Source: Longimicrobiales bacterium (lineage in GTDB: Bacteria > Gemmatimonadota > Gemmatimonadetes > Longimicrobiales > Gaopeijiaceae). From it: 64,000 bases of DNA. The notes beneath the pieces were generated by a model. That model was not told the origin of the DNA, did no database searches, and was given only the letters and a program-made list of their open reading frames with translations. The stretch spans positions 178,871 to 242,870 of the forward strand of contig CBDCKN010000012.1 in the NCBI GenBank assembly GCA_965218295.1. The letters are read 5' to 3'. Made by a program: the position numbers and the translations under genes. Of this stretch, positions 29,782-39,718 are shown in pieces (within the stretch, counting starts at the first letter, position 1; every line of letters starts with the position of its first letter).

Positions 29782-31497
29782 CTACTCTAACCCCTGTAGA
29801 TCTTCACGGATCTCTTCAGGAGAGATGCTGAGATTACGTGGCTCATTCTCGGGTAGGTTCCGTGAGTCGGCGCCTTCGGCTCCCGGTTGGCCGTCGTCTC
29901 CTCTCTCCCAGGACTCAGCCGGACGGGGAGTCCTAGCAGTGATTGCCGACGTAGAAAGCCCCCCCCTAGAGGTGTCCGCTCCAGCCAGATCCCTCAACTC
30001 ACGCCCCAACGCGTTCAGGCTGGTAGCTACACGATCACTGTTGCCGCGCTGAGATCCGATCAGGCGTTCGCCCATGAGATCCAGGCTCTCTCGGAGAGTC
30101 GCTCGGATTCCTTCGACCATTTCTTGGCTCTGGTTCAGGGCCCTCCGGGACTGGTCAGCAAGCAACCGCATCGTCTCCCGGTACGTCGCTTGAAACTCGT
30201 CGAGAGACATCGTGACCCGTTGCTGACTCTTCGATTGTTCCTCTGTCAGGCGGGCGACCGAAGTCAGTGTTTCGCGCAGACCATCTCGAAGTGCCTCAGC
30301 AGTCTCTCTTCCCATCTTCTCTATGGCTTGATCGGCCTGCTCCCAGGTGCCACTCGCGGCCTCAAACGAGCTATTGAGACGCTTCAGCACGTCTTGGAGC
30401 TCTGCTAACAGAGCGCGCTCACCGGAGACCGCCTCTCCGAGAGCCTTTGCTGCTGCTTCTTGCCGCTCAAGAACGGGGCGAACTGCCCGCGTGTGCTCGG
30501 TTAGCGTATGTGCGAGAGACTGCTGCTCAGAGCGAATCGTTTCCTCTAGTGCATGCTGGACACGGGGAAGGAGTTGGCCCGACGCCCGAACCCCTTCTTG
30601 GAGCTCCTCGGTTGTCGCCTTCACCGTTTCCACGTACTGGGCCAAGCTGAGGCTGTCTTCGCTCCTCTCTCCGATGATCTCCAACATGGCGTCTCGGAGA
30701 GAGCCCACTTGGTTGAGCAGCTCCGTGCTTTGGTCGCGGAACTGATTCCCAAGTGCCTCAAATCCGACGCGAACATCCGTTAGAGTCTGATCGAGGCCCT
30801 CTTTCAGGATTTCCCGGGTTGCTTCAAGCTCCTTCACTGCATCGCCCATGCGGGACTCCTCTGTTGTCTTGAATAAAGGAGCCCACTGGGTTGATGATAG
30901 TTCCTCCAATTTACGGATTGCCCGGCTCTGCTGATGTCGAAGTATGGCCAAGACGGACCCCACCAATACGGATCCTCCGACGCCGGCTAAAGTGGTCGAG
31001 AAAGCCACTTCCATCCTACCTAGAGTGGCGAGAATAGCATCCACCATTTCCTGCGTTCCCATTCCGCCCCTTAGCAGGGTCGTCGACAACTCCGACACCG
31101 CTAGACTTAGCCCGACCAGGGTGCCGGCGAGTCCAAGAAGGACAAGGATCGAAGTCCCCCAGCGCGCGATAGGTGCCGCATCTCGGAAGGTCTCTGCAGA
31201 GATAGCGGCGAGCATCTCCGTATCCACTGGCTCCCCACTAAGCTGAAGTCTCTTGAGGAGAACCAGACGGTGTTGAACGAGGCCATTGGGTTTGGCCTTT
31301 TCGGCAAGGGTCAGCAGCGCCTCGGAGTGGTCCTGCTGCCCCTTTTGTTCTAGGTCTTCGAGATCCTTCAGAGTGGTCCGAACATCGTTCACTAACGTAT
31401 GGACGACCTGCGCAATACCTACCGCGGCGATGGCTGCGATCACGAGGTTGAGGAAGACGCCGACGGGTTGATCCGGTGGAAGAAAGAACTCAATCAT
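29782..31497 (-). CDS. ZorA/MotA-like ion-channel subunit with long cytoplasmic helical tail
   Basis: Three TM segments; LGLAGTLVGL and AFSTTLAG MotA/ExbB motifs; about 380-aa helical tail; 2 nt from the zorB-like start. Confidence 0.85.
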   Translation of the reverse strand: MIEFFLPPDQPVGVFLNLVIAAIAAVGIAQVVHTLVNDVRTTLKDLEDLEQKGQQDHSEALLTLAEKAKPNGLVQHRLVLLKRLQLSGEPVDTEMLAAISAETFRDAAPIARWGTSILVLLGLAGTLVGLSLAVSELSTTLLRGGMGTQEMVDAILATLGRMEVAFSTTLAGVGGSVLVGSVLAILRHQQSRAIRKLEELSSTQWAPLFKTTEESRMGDAVKELEATREILKEGLDQTLTDVRVGFEALGNQFRDQSTELLNQVGSLRDAMLEIIGERSEDSLSLAQYVETVKATTEELQEGVRASGQLLPRVQHALEETIRSEQQSLAHTLTEHTRAVRPVLERQEAAAKALGEAVSGERALLAELQDVLKRLNSSFEAASGTWEQADQAIEKMGRETAEALRDGLRETLTSVARLTEEQSKSQQRVTMSLDEFQATYRETMRLLADQSRRALNQSQEMVEGIRATLRESLDLMGERLIGSQRGNSDRVATSLNALGRELRDLAGADTSRGGLSTSAITARTPRPAESWERGDDGQPGAEGADSRNLPENEPRNLSISPEEIREDLQGLE

Positions 31498-31721
31498 TGG
31501 AGCTGCACGTCGCGGGGGCGCGGATTGAAACGATAGTGTGTTCGGCCACCTTGCCTCCTATCAGAACCGTCGAGATTGCTGCTCGTCGTAGAGTTGGTAA
31601 CAGCTCACCCCACCCGTGGCGATGTGCCGATGGCTGTCTTGCACTCTCAGGAACAAAAACCTGAGGTTCGCCGCCCGGCGCGGAAACGGTTGGGCACGAA
31701 GCGCAGCAGACAGCGTACTGT

Positions 31722-32063
31722 CTACACAGCCCCCAACCTCTGTTTGATCTTGCCCGTGACCAGTCTGACCTGGGCCGCCGACACCCGCCCCAGCTTCGAG
31801 GCGTCAGACGCGTCGATCGTCGCTATCTTGGCGCTGCGGATGACGGAGGGGACGGGCAGGCCCGCCAGCTTCAGGTTGGTGACTGGCACGTCGTCGGGCC
31901 AGCCTCGGTTCTCGGCGCTGGTAATCATGACGACCCACAAGAGTCCGTACAGATCCTGGAGTTGAGCCGTCGATACGACCACGGCTGGTCGCGACTGCCG
32001 CGTCGCGCGGTCCGTGTACGGGAACGGCACCTTGATCACGTCACCGCGCTCAAAGGTCCGCAT
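31722..32063 (-). CDS. PemK/MazF-family toxin
   Basis: RGDVIKVPFPYTD...SRPAVVVS...VMITS; start refined to ATG at 32063. Confidence 0.88.
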   Translation of the reverse strand: MRTFERGDVIKVPFPYTDRATRQSRPAVVVSTAQLQDLYGLLWVVMITSAENRGWPDDVPVTNLKLAGLPVPSVIRSAKIATIDASDASKLGRVSAAQVRLVTGKIKQRLGAV

Positions 32064-32268
32064 AGGCCGTGGTATCCGCTTCTGATCGCCATTCCTCGAA
32101 GGTGTGGAACGGGTCGTCTGTTGTGGTGCCTCGCCGCGCCTTGGTGAGAAAGACTCGCCCATCGACGATCTCGTACAAAAGCTCGTCGCCCGGCTGCAGT
32201 CCGAGCGCCGCGCGGATCGGCCGCGGGATGGTGGTCTGGGCCTTGGAAGTCAGCTTGCTGACGATCAT
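32050..32268 (-). CDS. AbrB/PrlF-like antitoxin
   Basis: SKLTSKAQTTIPRPIRAALGLQPGDEL; GAGGTGA RBS; overlaps the toxin. Confidence 0.88.
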   Translation of the reverse strand: MIVSKLTSKAQTTIPRPIRAALGLQPGDELLYEIVDGRVFLTKARRGTTTDDPFHTFEEWRSEADTTAYADL

Positions 32269-32844
32269 GACACTCACCTCGGGTTGGTTGGCATGCGTGC
32301 TATTGTAAGGAATGTCCTTACTTCTGTCACCCTGACCTGTGTGCGCCGGGAGGCTGTTGCCCAGCGTACGCTCACCCTCATATAGTTGGCTGTCTTGCAT
32401 TTACGGCCCTGCCGCAGTAGCGGACAGGCCGCCCCGACGGTCTCGGAGCTAGACGGGAGTCGTCTTTGGAATGTCTCGACCGGCATCTCAGAGGGTAGCC
32501 ATTGTGCGCGCCCATCGCACCCTCCGCAGAGATCACTCGCGTCGAACGACCCCTTGCAGGAAGCCAAGTCATAGCGATGAGGATGCCAGCGCTGCCGATG
32601 CTGGTGGGCGTCGTCGCGGCGGCGGCTGATGGAAGACTGCACGGCATGCCTCGGTGGGGAGCCCGCCGGGGGCATCCTTGATCCACCAACCGGCGATTCG
32701 CACTGACCTCATCCGCCCGTTCTCATCGCCGTCAAGCGTGAAGATATGAAGGCCCTTCGGGTTGTTCTCGCGGATCGTGTCTGCGACGATTGAGACGGGA
32801 TCGTTGCTATGTCCACAGCCTGACATCCTCGGAGGACCCACACA

Positions 32845-35061
32845 TTGTCGAGATTCAATCCTCATCACCTAGTCGAGCCGATCTACAACGCAGCTGCCCG
32901 ATGGCGGGAGAGATGCTTGGAGACCGACGAATCTGCACTCTCGGATAGCAAGAATCTTTGGACACCGGATCTGCTAGACGAACTCGACCGCTGGTTCGGA
33001 CAGCACCGCGATGAGGGTGAAGGAAATTTTTTAGAAAAGCTCGAATCTCAGCTAACACGGGGATCGCCAGCCTGTCGGCAGCTGATGGCCGAGCACCTAT
33101 GGATCCTGATGCTGTTCCAGACGAATGTCGGTGCGGCCAAGAAGCGCGACAACGTCCGTCAGGTCTGGTCGTGGTCCGGAGAGGAACTGGCAGAAGACCA
33201 TTCACTCCTGAGCGACGGCGTTCTAGGGGGCATCGGATCCGCGGGAGCGGCCTTCAATATGCAGCGCTGGCTCGAGCTCATCATGCTAATTGCCGCTGTT
33301 CGCGATTTTAAGAGGCGTGGGGCTGATGAACGCGCCGGGATTGTTGGTGATCCGTGGTCGTTCACCAAGTGGGTCAATGCGATACCTGAAGCCCGCAACC
33401 GCCAGTTCCGCCACATTCTACCTCATCTTCTGTATCCGGACACCTTCGAAAGGATCAGTTCGGGAAGAGACAAGTGCCTGATCGTGGCGGCCTACGGTGA
33501 CAAGTCGGAGAAAGAGGTCAAGAAGTTCGACCTGATCGATATGGACCGGGCACTTCTCGATCTCCGCAGACGGTGTGAGCGGAAACAAGGCACTGACATC
33601 GACTTCTACGAAGACGAGTTCGTTCGCGTATGGCGCAATCAGACCAACAACTGGCTGCTTAGCTGGAACCCCACAAAGTGGACCTGGACATCTCTAGCCG
33701 AAGATCGCGCATCGACGCTTGTAGGAGAAAGGGTTTCAAACTGTTGGCGATGTGGTTCAACGAAACCACGCGAGGGTGATCGCGTTTACCTCATGCGAAC
33801 GGGTGTAGCGCCGAAGGGTATCGTCGCGGTTGGTACGGTGACACGTGCACCATACGAGGCGCCTCACTGGGATAACGAGCGTGCGGATGCGGGCGATACC
33901 GGACGCTTCATCGATGTTGATTTCGACGCGATTCGGGATGCCGACCAAGAGAGCATTGTTCTAGTGGACGAGCTCGAGCGCCAAGAACCCCAACAGCAAT
34001 GGAATCCGCAGTCCTCAGGCATCGAGATCAAGAGGGAGTCGGTACGGACGCTTGCGCGCTTATGGAAAGCACTTCCGTCAATCAGTACCTCGGTCAAGCC
34101 GGCGCAGGTCACCCCGCTCAACATCATCCTCTACGGACCACCAGGGACCGGAAAGACTTTCCGCCTGATTACCGAATACCTGCCCCGATACAAGGATGCC
34201 GGCGAGGACCGGTTCGTGTTTGTCACCTTCCATCAGAGCTACGCATACGAGGACTTCGTCGAGGGCATTCGCCCGAAGACCCGGAACGGCACTGTAATCT
34301 ACGAGGTGCGACCGGGTGCGCTGCGACGAATCTGTGACCGGGCAAGGAAAGCCCCTGACAAGCGGTTCGCCCTGTTTATCGATGAGATCAACCGTGGCAA
34401 CGTGCCGAAGATCTTCGGGGAGCTGATTTCACTCGTCGAGATTGACAAGCGAATCCGGACCGACGCCTTAGGGAAAAGGATGCCAGGCTGCAAGGGACTC
34501 GAAGTGACGCTTCCCTATTCCGGAGAGCGCTTCGGCGTGCCGACGAACGTTGACGTTATTGGCACAATGAACACCGCCGACCGATCGATAGCGCTGCTCG
34601 ATTCCGCCCTGCGCCGCCGCTTCCGGTTCCAGGAACTGACACCGCAGCCCCGGCTCTTGAAGACCATCACCGATGGCGCGGGGAGTCCGATAGATCTGCA
34701 GCAGCTGCTCGAGACCATCAACGATCGACTCACCCATCTGCTGCACCGCGATCAGACCATCGGCCACAGCTACTTTTACGAGGTGAAGACGTTCGACGAT
34801 CTACAGCGTGTTTTCGCTCGCGAGATCCTTCCGCTGCTCCAAGAGGCCTTCTACGACGACTGGAGGCAGATCCGCCTTGTCCTGGCGGATCAAGCAGTCA
34901 GTGAGGAATTCCAACTCGTGCGCGCACGCGTGCAATCTGCGAAGCAGCTGTTTCCAAACGCTGACATGGCCGAGACCTTGGACGGCGAGGCCTATGAGAT
35001 TGTTCGCGAGGACGAGATCACGCCTGACGCCATCCGCAAGATCTACGAGACAGCGGAGTGA
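32845..35061 (+). CDS. mcrB: McrB-family AAA+ GTPase with internal EVE/PUA-like domain
   Basis: YGPPGTGKT; TFHQSYAYEDFVEG; IDEINRGN; GTMNTADRS; WLLSWNP...GDRVYL...GIVA; TTG start uncertain. Confidence 0.9.
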   Translation: MSRFNPHHLVEPIYNAAARWRERCLETDESALSDSKNLWTPDLLDELDRWFGQHRDEGEGNFLEKLESQLTRGSPACRQLMAEHLWILMLFQTNVGAAKKRDNVRQVWSWSGEELAEDHSLLSDGVLGGIGSAGAAFNMQRWLELIMLIAAVRDFKRRGADERAGIVGDPWSFTKWVNAIPEARNRQFRHILPHLLYPDTFERISSGRDKCLIVAAYGDKSEKEVKKFDLIDMDRALLDLRRRCERKQGTDIDFYEDEFVRVWRNQTNNWLLSWNPTKWTWTSLAEDRASTLVGERVSNCWRCGSTKPREGDRVYLMRTGVAPKGIVAVGTVTRAPYEAPHWDNERADAGDTGRFIDVDFDAIRDADQESIVLVDELERQEPQQQWNPQSSGIEIKRESVRTLARLWKALPSISTSVKPAQVTPLNIILYGPPGTGKTFRLITEYLPRYKDAGEDRFVFVTFHQSYAYEDFVEGIRPKTRNGTVIYEVRPGALRRICDRARKAPDKRFALFIDEINRGNVPKIFGELISLVEIDKRIRTDALGKRMPGCKGLEVTLPYSGERFGVPTNVDVIGTMNTADRSIALLDSALRRRFRFQELTPQPRLLKTITDGAGSPIDLQQLLETINDRLTHLLHRDQTIGHSYFYEVKTFDDLQRVFAREILPLLQEAFYDDWRQIRLVLADQAVSEEFQLVRARVQSAKQLFPNADMAETLDGEAYEIVREDEITPDAIRKIYETAE

Positions 35062-36308
35062 AATACCTGAGCCTACGTGAGAGGGATGTCATCCGCGTGG
35101 GCTCTGATGGCCAACTCTCGCAGCGCGAAGCTGATAGCATTGCGAAACTTGCCACTTTCCTGCCGAAGGGATCACTGGGCTGGGAGCACCGCGCGCTCCG
35201 TTTTGGCCCGTTCTGCGGTGTGCTTAGGACGCGCGAAGTGTCGATCGAGTTGTTGCCCAAAATCGACCGTGGCCTCGAAACCACGACCGACAAGCGGGGA
35301 CTGCTCGTTGCAATGTTGGCTGCCGCAGGCAAACTCCGCCTCGCGAAGGTCGGCCAGGCCGGACTAGCGCGGCAGACCATCCACCTTCTGGATATCTTCA
35401 TTCAGGATTTCTGCGCCCGCGTGAAGGCGGCACTACGCGTAGGTGTCATCGCTCTCTACACCGAGAGGAGCGAGAACCTGAAAGCTATCCGGGGCAAGCT
35501 TCAGCTGACGAAGCATCTGCGTCGAAACGCTTTCGATCGGTCGCAGCTGCTTTGCCGGTTCGACGAGCACACCATCGACAATCCATTCAACCGGGCCCTG
35601 AAAGGCGTATTGCGTCTCTTGCTCGGTCACTCGCTGGACCCGCAGACGAAATCCAGGGTAACGTCGTTGCTCCATAGGCTGGATGAGGTCGCGGATAGAC
35701 CCGTGCAGATAGCCGACCTGAATGCACTCAGTTTCGACCGAACCAACAATCACTGGCGCGACGTCTTCAGCCAGGCAAGGTTTCTCTTGGCCGGACTATT
35801 CCCTGATGTGCGGATCGGTGACGCATGGGGTTCGGCCCTGCTCTTCAACATGGAGCGCCTCTTCGAAGAGGTCCTCGGGCGACGGATCATGCGGGAATCT
35901 CGCAAGTTAGTTGGCCGTCAGCTGCATGTAGATCTTCAGAAGCCGCAGCGGCACCTCTCGACCACAGACTTTCGGCTTCGGCCCGACATTACGATCCAGG
36001 ATGATGACCAAGTCGTGGCGATCCTTGACGCTAAGTGGAAGCAGCTGATCCCGAGCGAGCCGAACGCCGGCGTGTCGAGCGCGGATGCCTATCAGATGAA
36101 CGCTTATGCCAGCCGGTATCGCTGTAAGCGGATCACCCTAATCTATCCGGCCTCTGCACGGTGCGCTCCAGGGCGTGTCCGGGAGTTTCGCTTCCAAACC
36201 TCGGGCCAACCGATCCTCGACGTCGTAGCAGTAGACATTCACGACCTTGCGTTCGGAAGCACTATGCCGGCCGGACTGGAGGGAGTGATACAGTCGGGAC
36301 GGTCATAG
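35058..36308 (+). CDS. mcrC: McrC-family nuclease
   Basis: IELLPKI; DNPFNR; FNMERLFE; RPDI...DAKWK...DAYQMNAY; GTGA overlap with mcrB. Confidence 0.9.
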   Translation: MKYLSLRERDVIRVGSDGQLSQREADSIAKLATFLPKGSLGWEHRALRFGPFCGVLRTREVSIELLPKIDRGLETTTDKRGLLVAMLAAAGKLRLAKVGQAGLARQTIHLLDIFIQDFCARVKAALRVGVIALYTERSENLKAIRGKLQLTKHLRRNAFDRSQLLCRFDEHTIDNPFNRALKGVLRLLLGHSLDPQTKSRVTSLLHRLDEVADRPVQIADLNALSFDRTNNHWRDVFSQARFLLAGLFPDVRIGDAWGSALLFNMERLFEEVLGRRIMRESRKLVGRQLHVDLQKPQRHLSTTDFRLRPDITIQDDDQVVAILDAKWKQLIPSEPNAGVSSADAYQMNAYASRYRCKRITLIYPASARCAPGRVREFRFQTSGQPILDVVAVDIHDLAFGSTMPAGLEGVIQSGRS

Positions 36309-36582
36309 AAGCAGAATCAGCAGGTCGATAGAGCCCGCGCGGAGGCATGAGAATCTTTCTGCCTCGAAATCATCCGCTCGGCGGCGGATATGATCTCCGC
36401 CAGCGGATCCCCGATCTGCGCTAGACACGGTAAGTTTTGTCAATGGTCATCGAAATGAGACACCTCGGGGCGGCGATCCGCCCGCAATCGCCGCCCATGT
36501 GATCACACCGACTACCATACTGCCACTGCGCGGGTGCGGTACGGATCGCCCGCGCCCCAGCGCTGAACGGAAGAGCCCGACA

Positions 36583-37545
36583 ATGAAAACCCACCATGGC
36601 CGCCGGATAATCGACCGTATCGTCTCCACTCGCTCGCGCCTTCGCTTCGTAGAGAGTCAAGCGGAACTCTTCGTGCGCCTCACCGCCATCAGACGTTCCT
36701 ACGAGCGGTTCGACTCCGCAAATGACGAACTGCTGCGCTACTATCCGATCGCACTAGCCGCCTGCCTCGAATCCTGGTTCCGGATGGCAATCTGCAAACT
36801 CGTTGATTCCGGAGAGCCCTATCTTGGCAACGCCCGCCAAATCCTGCGGAGGGAGGCGTTCGACTATGACATCCTCGTGGGTCTCCATGGACAGACCATC
36901 ACCATCGGCGAGGTCATCTCGCATCACCCCTCGATTAGTAGCTTAGGTCACATCATCGCCACCATGGATAGCCTCATGGGCGAGAATTTCCACGAGAGAG
37001 TTTCTGAGGTCCATGATCGCTGGAAGGTTGAGATCGAGAAACAACCGAATGTACCCATTGTCGCCGATATCGATGAGACCTTTCGTAACGTTGATAGGAC
37101 GTTCGAGCTTCGCCACATCTTCTGCCACGAAACCGCAACGGCGATCGAGGTCGGATGCGACGAGATCGAAAGGTGCATCGACCATACCGCTACGTTTCTC
37201 AAAGCGTCGAACGAGTTGATTTCGCAGACTCTCTTTCCGGATGCGCCATTGACGCAGACGGATATGAACATCGCCTCTCACGAAGACTACGATAAGGAAC
37301 GCGAAAGTCTGGACCTTCTGGTCGAGACCATCGCCGCCGTACTGTCCTACGAGCGCAAGAAACGATTTGCCGCGGCCAACGAAGCGTGGGAGAGCTTCCT
37401 CGAAGCGAGCGTTGAAATCGACGGTCTCGAATACGAAGGCGGTTCCATACGGCCCACGGTCGAAGCTCTTGCCGCCACCCAACTCGTCAGAGAGCGCAGG
37501 ACCCAGCTTGAGCAGTTGCTCGGTCGCGTGGAGGTGTCCAGCTAA
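36583..37545 (+). CDS. HEPN-like domain fused to LprI/DUF1311-like domain
   Basis: FELRHIFCHE (RxxxxH); C-terminal TQTDMN...AW...YEGGSIRP...RTQL; start refined to ATG at 36583. Confidence 0.65.
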   Translation: MKTHHGRRIIDRIVSTRSRLRFVESQAELFVRLTAIRRSYERFDSANDELLRYYPIALAACLESWFRMAICKLVDSGEPYLGNARQILRREAFDYDILVGLHGQTITIGEVISHHPSISSLGHIIATMDSLMGENFHERVSEVHDRWKVEIEKQPNVPIVADIDETFRNVDRTFELRHIFCHETATAIEVGCDEIERCIDHTATFLKASNELISQTLFPDAPLTQTDMNIASHEDYDKERESLDLLVETIAAVLSYERKKRFAAANEAWESFLEASVEIDGLEYEGGSIRPTVEALAATQLVRERRTQLEQLLGRVEVSS

Positions 37546-37871
37546 CAGCCCGTGGAAGAAACGGGTGTCCAGACCGTCGGGTGTGCGAAGGTGACCGGGC
37601 TTACGGCGACTTTCGACGGATAAACAGCCCTGGGTGTGTCCGCTGGACGACGGACCCAATTCCCAGAGGCCGTCAGAGCCAATTGCATAGCGCCGGACCA
37701 GCGTGGAGGTCCCCTCAAGCTTCAGTTTCAGCGGTGCCGAAGGTCGGAGATCGACAGTGGCACAGCCGACCCGCCCCGGCTCCTCGAACCAGTCAAGGCG
37801 GTTAGCCTGCGTGCACAACACGACCGCCCAAGGCTTCGAGCGTCGGTCGAAAAGTTGGTCTACTGCACGGG

Positions 37872-37951
37872 AGCCAGCCTACCCTTTGGGGCCACGCTTC
37901 GCGGGTCCCCGGCAGGGGCTGGCGGGGGGCTGTGCCCCCTTCGACCCCCGG
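37872..37951. other. oriT-like sequence in island A
   Basis: AGCCAGCCTAC and GCCCCCTTCGACCCCCGG resemble 56952-57019 of the island B oriT. Confidence 0.35.
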
Positions 37952-38115
37952 GAGGCCCGCGCTCCGGCGGAGCTCGCCAGACCCATCACGGATCTGCCCC
38001 ATCTCCCCGCGCAGAGCGCCGATGCATTCTTGCATTTGCTTATGCAAGGCGCGAAGGCTCATGAAGAGCAGGCAGGCGAGGGCGGCTCCCCCGCTTTTGA
38101 AGGCATCCGCCCGGC

Positions 38116-38860
38116 TCAGCGCTTGAGCCCGCGCCGAAAAAATCCCGCTCGACCGTGAACTCCCCGATCTTGGCGTGCAGGTCCCGGATCTTCGCCTCGT
38201 GCTCCAGAGCGGCCTTGCGGCCCGCGCCCCCGGCAAACACCTCCGGCAGCCCTTCGAGCAGCTGCCGCTTCCATGTGGTCACCTGGTTCGGATGAAGCTC
38301 GTGCCGCGCCGCGATCGCCTGCACGCTGTCCCGCTCGCGCAGCGCCCCGAGGGCGCTGGCGGCGTTCGCCATTCGATAATCGTAGCTGGCGAGTTCGATG
38401 CGCTAAGCCCCGGTCCTGAGAAATCCGGGCTAGGATGGCCGGCATGTCCCAGACTGATCAGCTATCCGCGTCCAATTTCTTGTCGATTAGAGCACGGGCA
38501 TCATCGAAGGTTTTGGGGCCGCCAGGGACAATAGCACCCTTTGGGGTTCGAACCTCAAAGTAGACTTGAGGCCGGGGCATGCCACGATCGGAACGTATTT
38601 CCTGCGATCGTAAAACGACCCGGTAAATGCTCCATCCACGATGCGTTCCGGCGAACTCCACGGTTGTTCCTCTAGCCATTGGGGACAGTTCGCATATTTG
38701 ACATGACTCTTTCCGCCTCTCTAGGGGGTTGCATGCCACGCGGGGTGCCGAAGCCGAAGCGACTGCGCATCACCAGGCCGAGGTTGAAGGCGGCCGCAAC
38801 GCCTCCAGCGCCACTCGCGCCTTGAACTCCGGCGTGAACCGCCGTCTCTTCCTGGCCATC
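38116..38860 (-). pseudogene. Fragmented IS3-family orfA, with a relic of another transposase C-terminus in between
   Basis: MARKRRRFTPEFKARVALEAL (38860-38800) and AIAARHELHPNQVTTWKRQ...LHAKIGEFTVERDFF (38350-38116); AFNLGLVMR fragment between. Confidence 0.65.
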
Positions 38861-38971
38861 TCGGTGCCTCCTCTTCCGCTCTGGAATCCACCTTAACGAC
38901 CTGTCCAAAAAACCGGGACCACCTCAGTTGTCAGGATGACTCGGCGGATCCGAGAGGCCGTGCTTACACGA

Positions 38972-39718
38972 TCAGCCGACATTGTCCACATTCGAGTGCA
39001 TTTCACGGAGATTGTCGGATCGGATGAGGACGTTTCCGTATTCGTAGCCAGTCGTATATTCGGCCAGAAAGCGGGACGAGAAATCCTCCCGCAGTCCGTG
39101 CAGAAGGGTTCGACCGAGTGCACCCGTGATGGCATTGGTCCCTCGGCCAGCTGCCCGGTAGAAGCACGTCGCAGTTTTGATCATCGCACCGCTCGCACTC
39201 GCTTCCTTAACACCCTCGGTGAAGAAGTAACGGTATTTCGTATGAGAGCCGCTCCAATGACTTGGGCCTGCGAAGAAGCCAAAGACCCGCCGTGCATGCG
39301 ACATGCGGATCAGCTCCGAAATCACTCCGACGAACCCGAGGTCTCGCCAGAGCGTTGCGACCTTTCCCTTCATCTCCGCTTCGTAGGGATGAATGGGATC
39401 AAGTGCGTGGACGATCCCATAGCCTGCAGAAATGATATACAAGTCAATCCGACCGGTTTTGAGGTGGCGTGTCAAATTCTCTCGAAAATCGAAATCCGAT
39501 CTGTAAAGGCCACCATCGTACTGACGGAGAGCATTGCATGGCCGGACATCTTCCTCCACGCACTTGCTCATCTTGTTCCTGGCCGCTTGCAGGTCCTGCC
39601 AAGTTTCGGGGATGCGTCTCTCAGTCAGAGTCGGCGGCAAGGCTCGAAAGTCGGGGTACTTTGTCTTCCTTTTGCAGCAGGGGATGAAACACAACGTGTC
39701 GGCCATGGTTTCCATCAT
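38972..39718 (-). CDS. YaaA/DUF6884-like protein
   Basis: FIPCCKRK; YDGGLY; YIISAGYGIVH...IHPYE; ATGA coupling to the upstream gene. Confidence 0.6.
   Translation of the reverse strand: MMETMADTLCFIPCCKRKTKYPDFRALPPTLTERRIPETWQDLQAARNKMSKCVEEDVRPCNALRQYDGGLYRSDFDFRENLTRHLKTGRIDLYIISAGYGIVHALDPIHPYEAEMKGKVATLWRDLGFVGVISELIRMSHARRVFGFFAGPSHWSGSHTKYRYFFTEGVKEASASGAMIKTATCFYRAAGRGTNAITGALGRTLLHGLREDFSSRFLAEYTTGYEYGNVLIRSDNLREMHSNVDNVG

Noticed and set aside
27532..31497. Flagellar motAB, tolQR or exbBD
   Set aside because: Long helical tail, coupled helicase-nuclease and defence-island context; no flagellar, TonB or Tol genes
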